64,000 nucleotides of DNA, taken from the NCBI RefSeq assembly GCF_963921235.1, contig NC_086108.1, forward strand, positions 7,068,001 to 7,132,000. The letters are read 5' to 3'. Below, in pieces: positions 37,205 to 51,180 of this stretch; the stretch's first letter is position 1, and each line of letters opens with the position of its first letter. Position numbers and translations under genes: made by a program. This DNA is from Mobula hypostoma. Lineage: Eukaryota. The notes under the pieces were generated by a model, which was not told the origin of the DNA, searched no databases, and worked only from the letters and a program-made list of their open reading frames with translations.

Positions 37205-38794
37205 GTACCTCTTCCCAGAGATGCTGCCTGGCCTGCTGCGTTCACTAGCAACTTTGATGTGTGTAGGATGGAGGGAGTGTGTTGATATTCTTGTTGCTGT
37301 TTGCACTGGTTTTTTTTGTGTGTGGGGAGAGGTTTGATATTTTGAACAGCCTGGCCTCCATGGTTTAGAAGAATCTCTGAGTTGTATACCGTGTACATAC
37401 TTTGATAATACATGAACCTTGTTTCTTGAACATCTTGTTTGCCAATTAATTAGGAGCCTGATTTGGCATGTTTTAAACATAGTTATGGTTGCTACGGGTT
37501 CTTTACTGCTGAGAACTGATTTATTGGTGTTTCTGTTGGCATTCTATAGTTTGTGGGCACACACACTCTCTGTATAGTCCTCAAGTGTGTTTAGCTTCTG
37601 TTTTGGCAAGAGCCAAAAATCTTAAAAGTAGCTCAACTGTCTGGCTTCAGGGATAGACTGTCAAAGCAAAAACTGGTTACGGTGCTGGAAAAGTGAATTG
37701 TGAAATGAAAATGCTGATTGGGTCAGCCAGCACCAGTGGTGAGCAAAACAGATTGGTGACCTTTTGTTAGCTGTGCTACTTGCTCAGCAGGAAAATAAAA
37801 CACGTATTTTATTAATTATCTATTCAACCGTGTGCTTGTGAACCTGGTTTTCCAATTAATTTAATTCTTTCTTTCTTTCTTTCCTAAGTTATTTTGTGTT
37901 ATGTATACTACTGTGCTTTACACCATGGTCTGGAGAAAATTTGACAGTATACATGTATATAGTTAAATGACAATAAACTTAATTTGACATGAAGTTTCAT
38001 CCACAGTAAAGTCATTTACTTCATAAGTTAACTCTGAAATCCATTGAAAATTCTAGAGGAAGCAGATTAAACTTGGTTGTCACTCCCCCCCCCCCCCCCC
38101 CCCAAGCTATCTTGCCCTCTTTTAATTGGGCCATCTGATACTTGGGATTAGTGAAGTCCAAGTATACTGTAGAAGCTAAAGTCATGATTTTCAAAAGTTA
38201 TTCATGAATGTTTTATTGACCTGTAGATTTAAAGTGTCTATGCTGAAACCAACCCTTCGATAACTTCTAATTCAAAATTATTCCTCAGTGCTCTAAGTTC
38301 AAAGTATATTTATTATCAAATCATGTATACATTATACAACTTTGAGATTCATCTCCTAACATGTAGCCACGAAACAAAGAAACCCAAAAGAAGCTGTTTT
38401 TTAAAAAAAGACCATCAAACACCCCAATGTGCAGAGAAAAGAAAGAAAAAAAATCATGCAAAACAGGCAAATAACATTCTGAACTGACGTTCACAAAGAG
38501 AGCCCAAGACTTGTAGTTCAGCACAGAGCCAAGTAAACATCATGGAGCAGAGAGCTGAACCGGCCCCTGACATTTTCAATCGGCTCAGCGCCTAAATCGC
38601 GTCCAAACCTCGGGTTCTATCGCTTCGATGCCTGGACGCCACCGCCTCTATTCAGCCTGTGACACGGCATGTAAGGAACAAGCAAATACATAAAGGTTTT
38701 CCAAACAACCATTGTGCAAATTAAAAAAATAATACTGAGAACATGAGTTGTGGAGTCCTTGAAAGCGAGTTGAGTGCTGTGAAATCAGTTCAGA

Positions 38795-39174
38795 GTTGTG
38801 GGGAGTGAAGTTATCCACACTGGTTCAGGAGCCTGATGGTTGAGGGGGTAATAACTGTTCCTGAACTTGGTGGTGTGGAACCTGAGGCTCATTGTGGTGA
38901 GTGAAGTTATCCACACTGGTTCAGGAGCCTGATGGTTGTGGGGTAATAACTGTTCCTGAACCTGGTGGTGTGGGACCTGAGGCTCATTGTGGTGAGTGAA
39001 GTTATCCACACCGGTTCAGGAGCCTGATGATTGTGGGGTGATAACTGTTCCTGAACCTGGTGGTGTGGGACCTGAGGCTCATTGTGGTGAGTGAAGTTAT
39101 CCACACTGGTTCAGGAGCCTGATGGTTGTGGGGTAATAACTGTTCCTGAACCTGGTGGTGTGGGACCTGAGGCT
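38795..39174 (-). repeat. Tandem array of about four 95-96-bp units derived from a Rex-type ORF 3' end (host fragment about 38690-39420)
   Basis: The anchor gagtgaagttatccacac recurs at 38803, 38899, 38994 and 39089. Confidence 0.9.
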
Positions 39175-40869
39175 GCTATGGCTCCTATCCGATGGTAGTA
39201 GTGAGAAGAGAGCATTGCCTGGATGGTGGGGGTTCTTCATGATGGATGCTGCTTTCTTGTGGCAGCACTCGTAAATATGCTTAGTGGCACAGAGGGATTT
39301 TCCTGCGATGGACTGGGCTGTGTCCTCTGCTTTCTGCAGCTTTGACTGTGTGTGGGCCTCCCTGTTTCTATTCCAGACAATGATAAAGTGCTCAATAAAT
39401 GCTTCATGACTGCTGCATGTCAGCAACACTTGGATCTCAAGAAAGAATTTAAAAAATTGAAACAAGCTTGGTTGTGTCAATAAAAACACATCTGTCAAAT
39501 GTGGCATACGAATGTAACATCGTCCGTATTCTTTGAATAAATATTTCTTTCACCTTTTTTTTCCCTCTAACCTTCCTTTATCATTCTTGGTACTTTAAGA
39601 TGCTTTCTCTTAATCATCTGTTCCTTTATCTGTTTCATTTTAAGTGATAATTACTGGGTGTTAGAGAGTGAATCAGAGTTTGATATAATTTTTCTGATCT
39701 TTTTTCACTCGGAAGATGCTGTGTTTCCTCCTGAATACTGAGTAAAAGCAGATTAATGTAGCCCATGGGGAGGAAAAAGCACTCATAAAAAGACACTACT
39801 GAATTATAAGGCATACAGAATTTTTTTTTTAAATGTGCTTTTAAATAGGCCTCACTGCATCTGGTGTTAGCCAGTGCCTGGAACTGACTGGTACTGGGCA
39901 GCAGAGACATTCCGTCCAGTGGATTATGTGAAATTGCAGCTTGCTCATTTCAGATAACAACATTTTCTTTTCTAAATTGGCAAATGTATATTGGGATTTA
40001 AATCAATCAAGGTTATTTATTTTGCTTCAGTGCTACTTACTGCCTGTTACGCCTCTGGCATTCAGGGTAGCAGTGAAGGTCCTCCATCTCTGGTGGTGTT
40101 CAAAGTACATTTATTATCAAAGTATGTATATATTATAGAACCTCAAGATTCGTCTCCTAACAGGCAGCTGTGAAGCAATGAAACCTTTTTGAAAAAAACA
40201 TATGTATATTAAAAAAGGAAGACCATCAAATACCCAATGTGCAGAGAAAAAGAAAACCCGCAAGCAAATAGCATTCTGAACTAAAGTTTGCAGTTCGGTG
40301 TAGAGCTGAGTAAATCTCACGGAGCAACAATCAGAATGGGCCTGTCCCTCGTCTCGGGCCCTGACACCCTGACCTTTTCAATCTGGCCTGACACCTAAAC
40401 TGACAAGCAAACATCCGGTTCAATCACCTCGATACGGTCTGGGGACCTGGACCTTGCACCCCAATTCGGATTGTAACCAACAATTTCCTTCATCATGTCA
40501 GTAGCTTCCTCTCAGTTTTCACTACTATCAGTCACACGGATTACAGATAGAGACTCAGGAATAATGTCACAGGCAGATGAGGAAAGTTTCTTCATTGTTG
40601 TTTTGCATAACAGTTTTGTTTGACCAGTCAATGTTGTTAGCCCTGAGCTAAACCCTCTAGCCCCCTCCCGCCCAGAACCTGGAGGACCAGTGGACCACTC
40701 TTAGTCTGCCCTCTAGTCTTTTACCTGTTTGGCTTGAGTGACCCTACCAAAAGCCAAAGCATAAAGTCTTGACTCCAGCCAACATAGCTCTCCCAGTCAT
40801 TGAGGCACGCAGCGTCCAAACTCAATGAGAATGATATATTTGCTTCAGTGCCTCATTAGAATTATTTCA

Positions 40870-41460
40870 GTTTATAAGACCATAAATTCTATTATATGTC
40901 CTCTCTTGGATCTTATGTTGGCTTTGACTTCTCTTAATAGCCATGGTTCTGTCAACTTGCCTTTAGGAAGCTCTTGGGATATATCCTGTGCCTTCCGAAT
41001 TGCTTCCAGAAATTCCAGCTATTGCTGCTCTGCTGTTATCCCTGCCAGTGTTCTTTTCCAATCAGTTCTGGCCGACTCCCATGCCTTTACTCCACTGTAA
41101 TACTGATACACCTGACTTTATCTTTTCCTTCTCAAATTTCAAAGTGAATTGGATCATATGATCACTACTAAGGGTTCTTTTTGCTTAAGCTCTCTAATCA
41201 AATCCAGTTCATTGCACAACACCCCATCCAGAATAGTTAATCCCTTGGTTGGCTCAATCAAGAGCTGCTCTAAAAAGCCATCTTGTAGGTATTCTAGAAA
41301 TTTCCACTCTTAAAATCGAGCACCAGCCTAATTTTCCCAATCTACCTGCATATTGAAATCCTCTGTGACTATTGTGTCATTGCCTTTTTGGCGTGCATTT
41401 TCTATCTCCTGTTGTAATTTGTAGACCACATCCTTACTATTGTTTGGGAGTCCATATACA
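40870..41460 (-). mobile_element. CR1 LINE internal fragment (APE endonuclease region)
   Basis: Minus-strand remnants resembling YRPPNS, GDFN, and LGSSDHM-type APE motifs. Confidence 0.6.
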
Positions 41461-41600
41461 GGGTCAGGGTCATTTGATGGATCGTCCTATGCTGAAGAGT
41501 TAGTATGTGAGGACACTGTACAGTCAGGAGTGCTGAATTTACCCATATCAGTCATTTGCTTTTTCATCCACTTGGTTGTATTAAACAAAATAGATTATTT

Positions 41601-42188
41601 GGGTGGCAGGGTGGAGATGCTTCTCTACCAAAGGAGGTGTAAGGTGCTCCTTCTCTCCACTAACCTGCAGGTCGCCCTTGGGCAAGGTGTATCACCTGCC
41701 TAGCTTCCCCCTTCTCCCCCCCCCACCCTCCCACCAGCCTGATGGATGGTCATGCACATTACAAGTCTAGTTATGTGACCACACTGATGCCAGACAATCT
41801 GAAGAGTATTGATAATGGCTAGGGGTGGTGGTCACCCGTCTTGTAAAGGCGATCCTTCCTCCGCTAGCCCGCAGCGCAGGTCACCCCGAGGCAAGGTATA
41901 GCACCTGCATAGCTACCCCCCCCACCCCCCAATCAGGGTCACGTGAAGCCATGGGAATAGGTGGTGGATGGTTGTATGAGCAGCGGTGCATACCACAAGT
42001 CCTGGCTATGCGACCACTGACATCAGTCTCTGAAGAATATTGATCATGGCTGGGGTCACCCACTTTTTAGAGACACTGTCCAGAAGAAGGCAATGGCAAA
42101 CCACTTCTGTAGAAAAATTTGCCAAGGACAGTTGTGGTCATCGACTATGATTGCCCATGTCATATGACATGGCATATAATGATGATGA
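41601..42188 (+). mobile_element. Tandem/dimeric RTE-associated SINE-like element
   Basis: Partial unit 41601-41850 directly followed by a 5'-truncated unit ending ggcatataatgatgatga. Confidence 0.7.
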
Positions 42189-42369
42189 GGACTCAGCTCT
42201 TCAAAGCTTTAACAGCTTTTGTGACTCTTCAGAAACGCCTCAAAGACTCCGGTTTTAGGGGTTGTTGACTTTATGTTCATTGAACTGCAGTTAGTTTGAT
42301 TTTGCACAAAAATTGGAAAGAACTTTCGTTTAAATTATCACAAACATGAGAAAATCTGCAGATGCTAGA

Positions 42370-42920
42370 AATCTTCCGGTGACCACCCATTTCAATTCTA
42401 TTTTCCATTCTCATTCTGACAAATCCGCTCATGGCCTCCTTTACTGCCACGATGAGGCCGCACTCAGGTTGGAGGAACAACACCTTGTATCCCGACTGTG
42501 TAGCCTCCAACCTGATGATATGAACAGTGATTTTTCAAGCTTGCTCGCCCCCACCCCTACACCATCCCCAATTCCCATCTTCCTTATCTCCTTACCTGAC
42601 CAGCACCTCCTTGTGGTGCCCCTCCCCTTTCTATTTCTTCCATGGTCTTCTGCCCTCTCCTATCAGATTCTCTCTTCTCCTGCCATTTATCTTTCACCAA
42701 TCAACTTCACAGCTCTTTTCTTCACCCGCTTCCTCCTCCTCCTCCCAGTTTCACCTATCACCTGTCACCTTGTACTACTTTCTCCCCTTCCCCACCGTCT
42801 TATTCAGACTCCTCTTCCTTTCCAGTTGTGATGAAGGGTCTCGGCCTGAAGTGTTGGCTCTTTACTCTTTTCTGTAGATGCTGCCTGACCTGCTGAGCTC
42901 CTCCAGCATTTTGTGTGTGC
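42370..42920 (+). mobile_element. Penelope-like element: GIY-YIG C-terminus, 3' UTR, decayed hammerhead
   Basis: LPVTTHFNSIFHSHSDKSAHGLLYCHDEAALRLEEQHLVSRLCSLQPDDMNSDFS. Confidence 0.8.
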
Positions 42921-43029
42921 TAATTTTAAATTATGTTTATTATGTCCATAGCCATGAATCAGATCAGGATCTGATAGCCTGTCAGGAGGGAAAGGCCATA
43001 ATATGTTCATTAAGTAGGGTGAGAGCCAA

Positions 43030-43553
43030 CAGCGCCTTTATTTCCTGCGAAGCATCAAGAAAGCTCACCTCTGTCCCAGGATACTAATGGACTTTAACCA
43101 CTGTACCATTGAGAGCATACTCACCAACTGCATTTCAGTGTGGTGTGGCAATTGTCCCGTATCGGCACCCAGTTGCCCACCATTGGGAACATCTACCATA
43201 AACACTGCCTGGGCAAGGCGAAAAGCATTATCAAGGATGCATCTCACCTTACCGTGGTCTTTTTACTCTCCTCCCCTCCTGTAGGCGCTACAGGAGCCTC
43301 CACTCCCACACAGAAAGAGCTTCTTCCCTGAGGCTGTGACCCTGCTGAACCTCACATCACAGCGCTAAGCAGTATTGCACTCATATTGTACTGTCTCAGT
43401 ACTTTTGTATTTATGTGCTGTAGCACTTACTTTTTATTTGCAGTTATCTTGTAAATAACACTATTCTTTGCATTTCTGGTTAGATGCTAACTGCATTTCA
43501 TTGGCTTTGTATCTGTACTCGGCACAATGACAATAAAGTTGAATCTAATCTAA
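43030..43553 (+). mobile_element. Rex1/Babar-type LINE 3' fragment with (AATCT)n tail
   Basis: IESILTNCISVWCGNC; tail aataaagttgaatctaatctaat; inverted sibling at 51997-52780. Confidence 0.78.
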
Positions 43554-43671
43554 TGTCCTCTTCATAGATGCTGCCTGGCCCTCTAAGTTGCTCCAGCATT
43601 TTGTGTGTGTTGCTCTGCATTTCCAGTATCTACAGAACCTCTTGTGAAAAAGGATCTATTGTTTTCCCAGC

Positions 43672-43985
43672 ATATATGACGAGTAAACTCTTCTCGGTCT
43701 TTCAGCCGGGTGCAGATATTGATTTTAACTGATATTTTGATGACAAACTACCATCTTCATCAAGGATGATGACTGGGCATGCCTAGTCCAGTGGTATATA
43801 TACCCTATCACCTGTCCCTCCTGATTGATTTGTCCTCAGCCAATCAGGTTTCCGCTGTCCCACCTTATTTATAATCAAATTACAATCGCGCCAATGGCTT
43901 TTGGGATTACTTGGTGAAGGAAGCCAATGTAACAAAACTGGAGAAGAATTTTAACAAAGATGAAGTTCTCACTCTAATTAAAGAT
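43672..43985. mobile_element. Third Penelope-like family fragment (pLTR on minus, GIY-YIG remnant on plus)
   Basis: Minus strand TTGATGA-a-gatggta-gtt-tgtcatc-AAAA-tatc (decayed hammerhead, about 43727-43766); plus strand GFWDYLVKEA..KLEKNFNKDE. Confidence 0.55.
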
Positions 43986-44847
43986 CTGGAACTATCAGGC
44001 TCTTGAACCAGAGGGGATAACTCCACTCAACTTCACTTGCCCCATCACTGAAGTGCTCGCACAACCTATGGACTCATTTCAAAGGACTCCTGATCGTATG
44101 TCCTCGATATTTATTGCTTGATGATGGATGCTGCTTTCTTGTGGCAGAGCTCCTCGTAGATGTGCTCCATGACCAAACCATGCCCAGATCCACGGCAGCA
44201 ATTCTTATTGCCTCACTTCACAACTGTGGCTATTTACAGTTCTCCACTTACCCTTCAAGAGGCTAATTTTAAAAAAATATTGATGGACCATTCACACTTG
44301 AACCCATCTTTACCCAAACATTTGTTTTGCAGCCTGTGTAAGTCTGCCTGCAGTCTTAACTACAAGCTGGCTCACTGCCCAGGTTACACACTGAATGAAA
44401 TATTGTATTGCTGTCCCTAGCCGTTGATTCACAGTGAATGAGTAAGCCCCATGGGACGACGCTGTCCTCCTTCCAATCTGATGATTGCATTGTGAATGCC
44501 ATGTTTTTTCTATGTAAGTAGGAAGGCTTCCTGTATCACGGAAAGGGACCGCTAAGCATTTATAATTGAGGCAACAAGATTAATATTGACTGAGTTGTTC
44601 CAGAAAGTTCCATTTTTATTATGTGATTCAAACCTGGGCTTTCGGCCTCTCCTCCGCACACACATACATATTTATGCACATGCACGCGCACACCTAATGT
44701 AATTCACATTTTGTTTCTGTTGTTATGTTTTGCATTGTACTGTTGCCTCAAAGGCAACAACACAATAGGACAGTGAAAAGCAGAGGAGATGCTGAAAGCC
44801 CAGTGTATGTATTATTGCGTACGTGTGTGTGTATGTGTGTGTGTATA

Positions 44848-44878
<31 letters not shown>

Positions 44879-46445
44879 ATAAAATAGTTAAATTAGTAGT
44901 GCAAAAATAAAAATAATAAAAGTGGTGAGTTCGTGTTCATGGGCTCAATGTCTATTCAGAAATCTGATGGTGGAGGGGGAAAAAGCTGTTCCTGAATCAT
45001 TGAGTGTGCGTCTTCAGGCTTCTGTACCTCCTCCCTGATGGTAGCAATGAGAAGAGGGCAGGTTTTGGGTGGTGGGGGTCCTTAATAATGGATGCCACTT
45101 TTTTGAGGCATCGTCCCTTGAGAATGTCTTGGAATCTATGCAGGCTTGTATCCACGCTGGGGCCGACTAAGTTTACAATCCTCTGCATCTGACTTCAATC
45201 CTGTGCAGTAGCGAATCCCCACCCCCCACCCCCATGCCAGAAAGTGATGCAGCCAGTTAGAATGCACTCCATGGTACATCTGAAGAAATTTCAAGGGGGG
45301 GATTGTCAGGGCGTATCGTGTAGCTTCTCAATTCCCTAGCCACAAGGGCCAGCGGGAATCTAGGAATCCTTAAAAATTTTCATGATATTCTCATTGGTGT
45401 CTTGTCATAATTTTGCAACCTTTCCAAGTCTCTGTTCAGATGTAAACCTCCCCCCAGCACCGTACAAATAAACCTTTCTGCATCTCTGTTTTGTGACTTT
45501 AAGTTTTTTGTAACACGAAGACCAAAATTGTTAGCTGTTCAAAGTACATATACAACTCTGGGATTCATTTTCTTGCAGACCTACAGCACTGTGCAAAAGT
45601 ATTGCAGTGTGCTGCCTCCAAAAAAACAACAGATTTCATGACACCTGATCTTGATTCTATTGTGGACTGAGAGTGGGAAAGGAGCAGGGAGAGGGGAATT
45701 CATAGTTGGGGAGAGGGGACGGAGTGGGAAGCACCAGCAAGACATTCTGTAATGATCAATAACACAATTGTTTGGAATCAGATGACCTTGCCTGGTGATT
45801 CAGGGCTGGGTGTGTCTTCACCTGGGCTACCCCCCTGCCCCCCAGCTCCTGGCACTCTTTCTCTCCCACCTGTCCCACATTCCTCCCATGGCACTCCACC
45901 CTCACCATTCCTAACCTCCTTTGCCTCTGCCAAATTCATAAACTTGTTCTCTGCTCCACATTGACAAATACAGTACTATGTAAAAGTGCTCGACATTGTT
46001 TAATTTCTGATCCATAGGGTTCTTCCAGGAGTCAAGAATGGCGAGCAGTCTTAATTCCCAAATTTCAGTTCATTTTAAGAGTCCAAATGAGCATACAAAT
46101 ACTAAGCAAACTAAATGAAGAGCTGAGAAACAGTGCTAAGAGGGGAATTCATGCTAAGAGGTTTAAGACAAAGGAATAATGAAGAAATGAAAGATGGTGC
46201 CTAAAAATCTGTCATATTCATAGACAAGGGAAATTCCTTGGAGAATAAACTAGTGTAAACAATTACATCACATGGTTTTTGCTAATATTTAGCAAATGAA
46301 AAATGGGACAGGTGATAAAACTTAGTTCAGCTGTGATATTGCTGTTTCAGATGAGTTTGTTTAAGAAGTACAAATCTTATAAAAAGTACTAGTAAAAACA
46401 GTGCTATTTAACACTACTATTAAAAATAGTCCCGCCTTTTAATTC

Positions 46446-47870
46446 TATAAGAGAAGCTTGTAGTGGCTGGCGTGTATCCACTTACTTTTACCTTCTACCT
46501 TAACTGCTGAATTGTTAATTAAAGGTACTTGGTAAAGAACTTCCCACCGAGCTCCCGGGGTTCCTTATGCAGTTTCTTAACCAGAACCCACTCGCCAAGA
46601 AGCAAGGTGTGTCTTCCTGATGAACCACGCCAAGCAGCGTAAACCTACTGAGAAGCAGACTGAAAAGCTTGTGTTACTTTTGCACAATAATCAACTAAAC
46701 TATCTGTCATATCGTGTACATCAGCCCCTCTCAGATTGAAGCTCACAGTAGTGACGTAGGTCGCCCCATCACCACAGATGGACTCAATTTTGTTTTCTTG
46801 CTTTGGATTGCCCTGATGCTGTATACATCTGAAGGAAGAGCTGTAGTCTATGGTATGCCTTCCTCGTGATACTTAGTCATTGTTTGATGATGCAATTCAG
46901 TCTTTTAACATGTCCTGATGACTCTGGATGACGTGGGCAACAAAAAGTACCATTCAATGTTCATCAGTCAGCATAATTCTTGACAAAGACTTGGTTGGAG
47001 TCACTGTGTCTTGGCAATCACCATCCAGGAATATAGTCCTTAATCAGTGTTTTGGCTGTCTGTGGCAGTAGCTTTTCTTGCTAGGATGGCTTCCACCCAT
47101 CTTGATAATTTGCCCACTAATAATAATACATCTGAATATCCTTGACACTTCAGTAAAGTAATGCAGTCCACTTGTAGATGTAAAATGTACCAGATGGGGC
47201 AGGAGTACTTAGTTGAAGTAGCTTTTCCATTGAGGTAGATTTGTTTTCTGGCATGTCATACATCTTGCAACTGTTTGTCGAGCTTACATCCTGAACTTTG
47301 GATTCCACCAACATTGAGAGAATCCTGTCAACCATCTTTTCACTCCAATGTGTATCTGCTGTGCCAGGTGAGGAGGCAGCTCAGTGGGGGCTGCCAGCCT
47401 GTGACTAGTGCCATATCTCCATGATTCATTGTCATTTAATAACCACCCCCCCCGCCCCCCATTTTCTATCCAGTGCCACTTTCTTCATTGGAGCACTGAT
47501 CTTGCATTTCTTGAGTATCTCACATGTTCGTCTGTGACACAGTTTCAGTTATTGTGCTTTATTCCATTTTTTCAATTTTCTTTATATTCCTTCTCTTGCA
47601 ACCCTTTTTGCAGTTTTGTCTGCAAATGCATTTCCTTGGCTTTCCATTGTGGTTATTTTTAGTGACCTTTACATTTCAATGCTGCAACTTCTGTTAGTAG
47701 TTGCAAGTTCTTGTACTAGTTCGCCATTCTTGATTGGAGTTCTCACAGCTGTAAGAAATCCTTTTTTCTCCAGAAATTTCCAAAATCATGAACGACTCCA
47801 AAAGCATATTGAGAATATGTGTAGATATTAGCTTATCTTCCTTTAATTCCTCTCTCAATGTTTTACTAAT
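46446..47870 (-). pseudogene. ERV pol remnant: RNase H and integrase
   Basis: Manual translation across frameshifts: NIYTYSQYAFGVVHDFGNFWRKKGFLTAVRTPIKNGELV..KCKGH..GNAFAD (RNase H); ..WWNPKF..ARCMTCQK (zinc finger); HLQVDCITL..SRWVEAI; HPESSGHVKRLN; GEWVLVKK..AVKVEGKSKWIHASHYK*. Confidence 0.88.
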
Positions 47871-50639
47871 TAGCTTCAGAATTTGAATCAGATTTAGTAT
47901 CTCCAGCATATGTCGTGAAATTTGTTAACTTTGTAGCAGCAATGCAATACATGATAAATGAACAAAAGGCTGAATTATAGTAAGTACATTTGTATATTAA
48001 ATAGTTAAATTAAAATAGTGCAAAAAATGGTAAGGTTGTGTTCATAGGTTCAATGTCCATTTAGAAATTGGATGACAGAAGGGGAAGAAGCTGTTCCTGA
48101 ATCATTGATGTGTGCCTTCAGGCTTCTGTACCTCCTCCCTGATGGTAGCAGTGAGAAGAGGGCATGTCCTGGGTGATGAGGAGGGTCATTAATGATGGAC
48201 GCCGCCTTTCTGAGGCATCGCTCCTTGAAGATGTCCTGGATACTACAGTGGCTGGTACCCATGATGGATCTGATTAATTTTAACATGCTCTGCAGTTTTC
48301 TTTGACCCTGTCCCCCACCTTCCCCCATACCAGACGGTGATGCAGCTAGTCAGATTGTTCTCCACGATACATCTGTAGAAGTTTTCAAGCATTTTGGATG
48401 GTAAACCAAATCTTCAACTTCCTTTGCCCAAGATCAGTGATGTCAGTCAGAACCTTATCAGTCGAACTGACACTGAGCGGCTCAGAGAGTGAGATTCTGT
48501 TACAGTGGGATCATCCAGTTTAAAAGATCCATCTCCTTCCTGTTCATTGAACATATCTTGAGTCCTATTAAGACAATTGTGACACCGCTTGGTGATGCAC
48601 TACAGTGCTCTCCATAATCCAATTTATTCTTCACTTACGTTGCTTGTTGGCACACTGACCTTTGCCAGAACATCCGGAACTTGCTTTCTTATTTCTGGGT
48701 GTCTTCCTCCTGCTTTTTGGCTCGTGAGGAACATAGTCATGTGGAGAATGGGGTTTTTAAAAAAAAAAGAGGAGCTACTGTCCTATTTAAACCTGTCTTT
48801 AATGATTGCAAGATCCTGCTCTACATTAAGAACTTAAAGTAGTGTGGGACTACATCATCAGTGAGTTGCTCACTGGCAGAGAAATTGAAGAAGCTGCACA
48901 ACGTGCCGCTACCTTAGTCGATGGAGGCGTACAGTTTAATTGTGAGTGGTCACCATGGTTGTTTTTCTTGTAATTGCAAGGCCCTTTTGGACATTTTAAA
49001 TCTGGTGTGCCACAAGTTCGATATGCTGATTTATTGGCTGAGAGCAGGGGCGGATGGCAGGGGAGCTGCGTGGACTCAGCCGTAACAAGAATTAGGCCTC
49101 AAGTCACCTGCTTTACAGCCAACGGGAGAGAAATGTCTAAGCCAGTGCGTTGCACTGGGGTGGCATGGCACAGCATCCAGGCTGGAGTCAGGGCTACCCC
49201 CACTGTGTGTGTTCGGGTGAAGACTAGCTCTTTTGTGGTCGACTGCAGATTTTGGTGGCACTCAAAGGAGTCTGCCCCAAGCTGTGTGGTCACCTGTTTT
49301 ACAGCCGCTGGGAGAGAGGTGTCGCAGTTGGGACTATCCCCACAGTAATTGCTTAGCTGAAGACAAGCTCTTTTGTGGTCAATTGAAGATTTCAATACCC
49401 TCAGGGTCTGGACTATATACATGTATATTTGTGTGGTATTTTTATTGATGTTCTATATGGGCTTGTTATATATGTGAGGACCTCAAGCCATGGTATTGCC
49501 TGGGGATGAGGAAGGCTTTGGGGCTAGTGCGCCCCACTGGGGGGTTGGGGGTACCTTGTAGTCCACTGTAGTTTTGGATGGGCCTGGGAGTCTGACTACT
49601 AACAAACTTGCAGTCTTCATGCTCTGGCATGTGATTTCATATTGTGGATTTTGGATTTGCTTGCCCAGGATCACCTCTCTAAATATGTGTGGATGCTGTA
49701 AATATGCAGCCTGTCTGCCTTGTCCTCTTTCCATCACAAGCAACACACAACACAAAGGGTGGGCTCATTTTTGTGTTGCTTCCCCGACACCCCTAGACTG
49801 AAGCCAACAGGGGATCGTAACGCTGATTTGATACGGGCTTGTGGTCAGGTCTGTGCAGACTGGGCCTCAAGCTGCGGCGTCGCCTCTGGGGAGGTGGGTT
49901 CAGGCTGGAGGAGACGGGCTCTATTGTGGTCGACTGTACAGTGATGGCGTGGGTTTTTGACTCTATTGTGTTATTGTGATACTATTTGTGCTTGCTGTCT
50001 TATGTGCTGCATGTGACTGTTGGAACTGTTTTGCACCTTGACCCCATAGTAACACTTTCATTTGGCTGTATTCATGCTCATTCATGTATAGCTGAATGAC
50101 AATTAAACTTGAATTGAACCTGACAGTATTAGACTACTATCAATCATGTGTACTGAAGGAGGTTCAGTTTTTGGGCTTCTTGATCATGAAAGGAACCTAT
50201 TCTAACGTTGGAGTTTTGAGGCAATTGGCTAAGCAGATAGAAGATCTTCTCCTGGGGTTGCTGTCCTTGTTCCAGCAGCTGTTGCTGATACTCAGTCTCC
50301 ATTTCAGCTCTGCGGTTTTGTTTTCCAATTAAATTGTTTTGCAACTTGGCTTTTGTCTGCATCCTTCAGTTTTTGTAATGGATCATGCAGACACTTATTT
50401 GTGGAATCAGCCTTAACTCCAGCAGCAATCCCTTCCAATGTTCAATTCTTCACGTTTTTCAGAAGCGTCTGTTCCTCTAACACATCAAGCAAACACTTTC
50501 TTGTGGCAGCAGCCTTAACTCTAGCAGCAGTCCTTTTCGTTCCATGGTTCAATTTTTTGTGCTCCAAGCTTGGTAGCTCTGCTTGCATGTGAGTTATTTT
50601 TATTGGTCCTTTGTAATAAATCCCTCTCTTCATTAATGA

Positions 50640-51180
50640 TAGTCATTAAGGCAGTCTCTTCTTGGGCATTGGTATAATTGTTGCCCTTTTGAAGCAGGTG
50701 GGAACTTCCAACTGTAGCAGTGAGAGATTGAAAATGTCATCGATTACCCCTGCCAGTTAGTTGGCACAGATTTTCAGAGATGGGGCCTTACTGAGTGCCC
50801 CATCGGTGTCTTCCACCTTCCAAGGGTTCACCCTCCTTGAAGACAGCCTGACTTCGCCCTCTGAGACAAGGGTCACTGGGTGCTGCAGGATCCTCACAGC
50901 TTTAGTTTTATTCTTCCTTTCACAATGGGCATGAAAGGCGTTGAGTCCATCTGGTAGTGAGGCATTCACCATGTTGGGTTTTGCTTTGTAGGAAGAAATG
51001 ACCTGCAAACCCTGCCAGACTTGACGTACATCCATTGTTGCCTCCAACATTGCTCAGAGTTGTTTCTTAGCTCTTGAAATAGCCCTCCACAAGTCATACC
51101 CGCTTTTCTGGTACAGACCTAGGTCGCCAGACTTAAATCTCACAGATTTAGCGCTCAGCAGGCAACGAACTTCCTGGTTC
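50640..51180 (-). mobile_element. Rex1/Babar-type LINE internal fragment
   Basis: DVRQVWQGLQVISSYK..SLPDGLNAFHAH..VSEGEVRLSSRRVNPWK. Confidence 0.7.

Noticed and set aside
38795..39174. CRISPR-like regular repeats (also 59030-59150 and 61800-61972)
   Set aside because: Contiguous tandem units with no unique spacers, no cas genes, vertebrate context.
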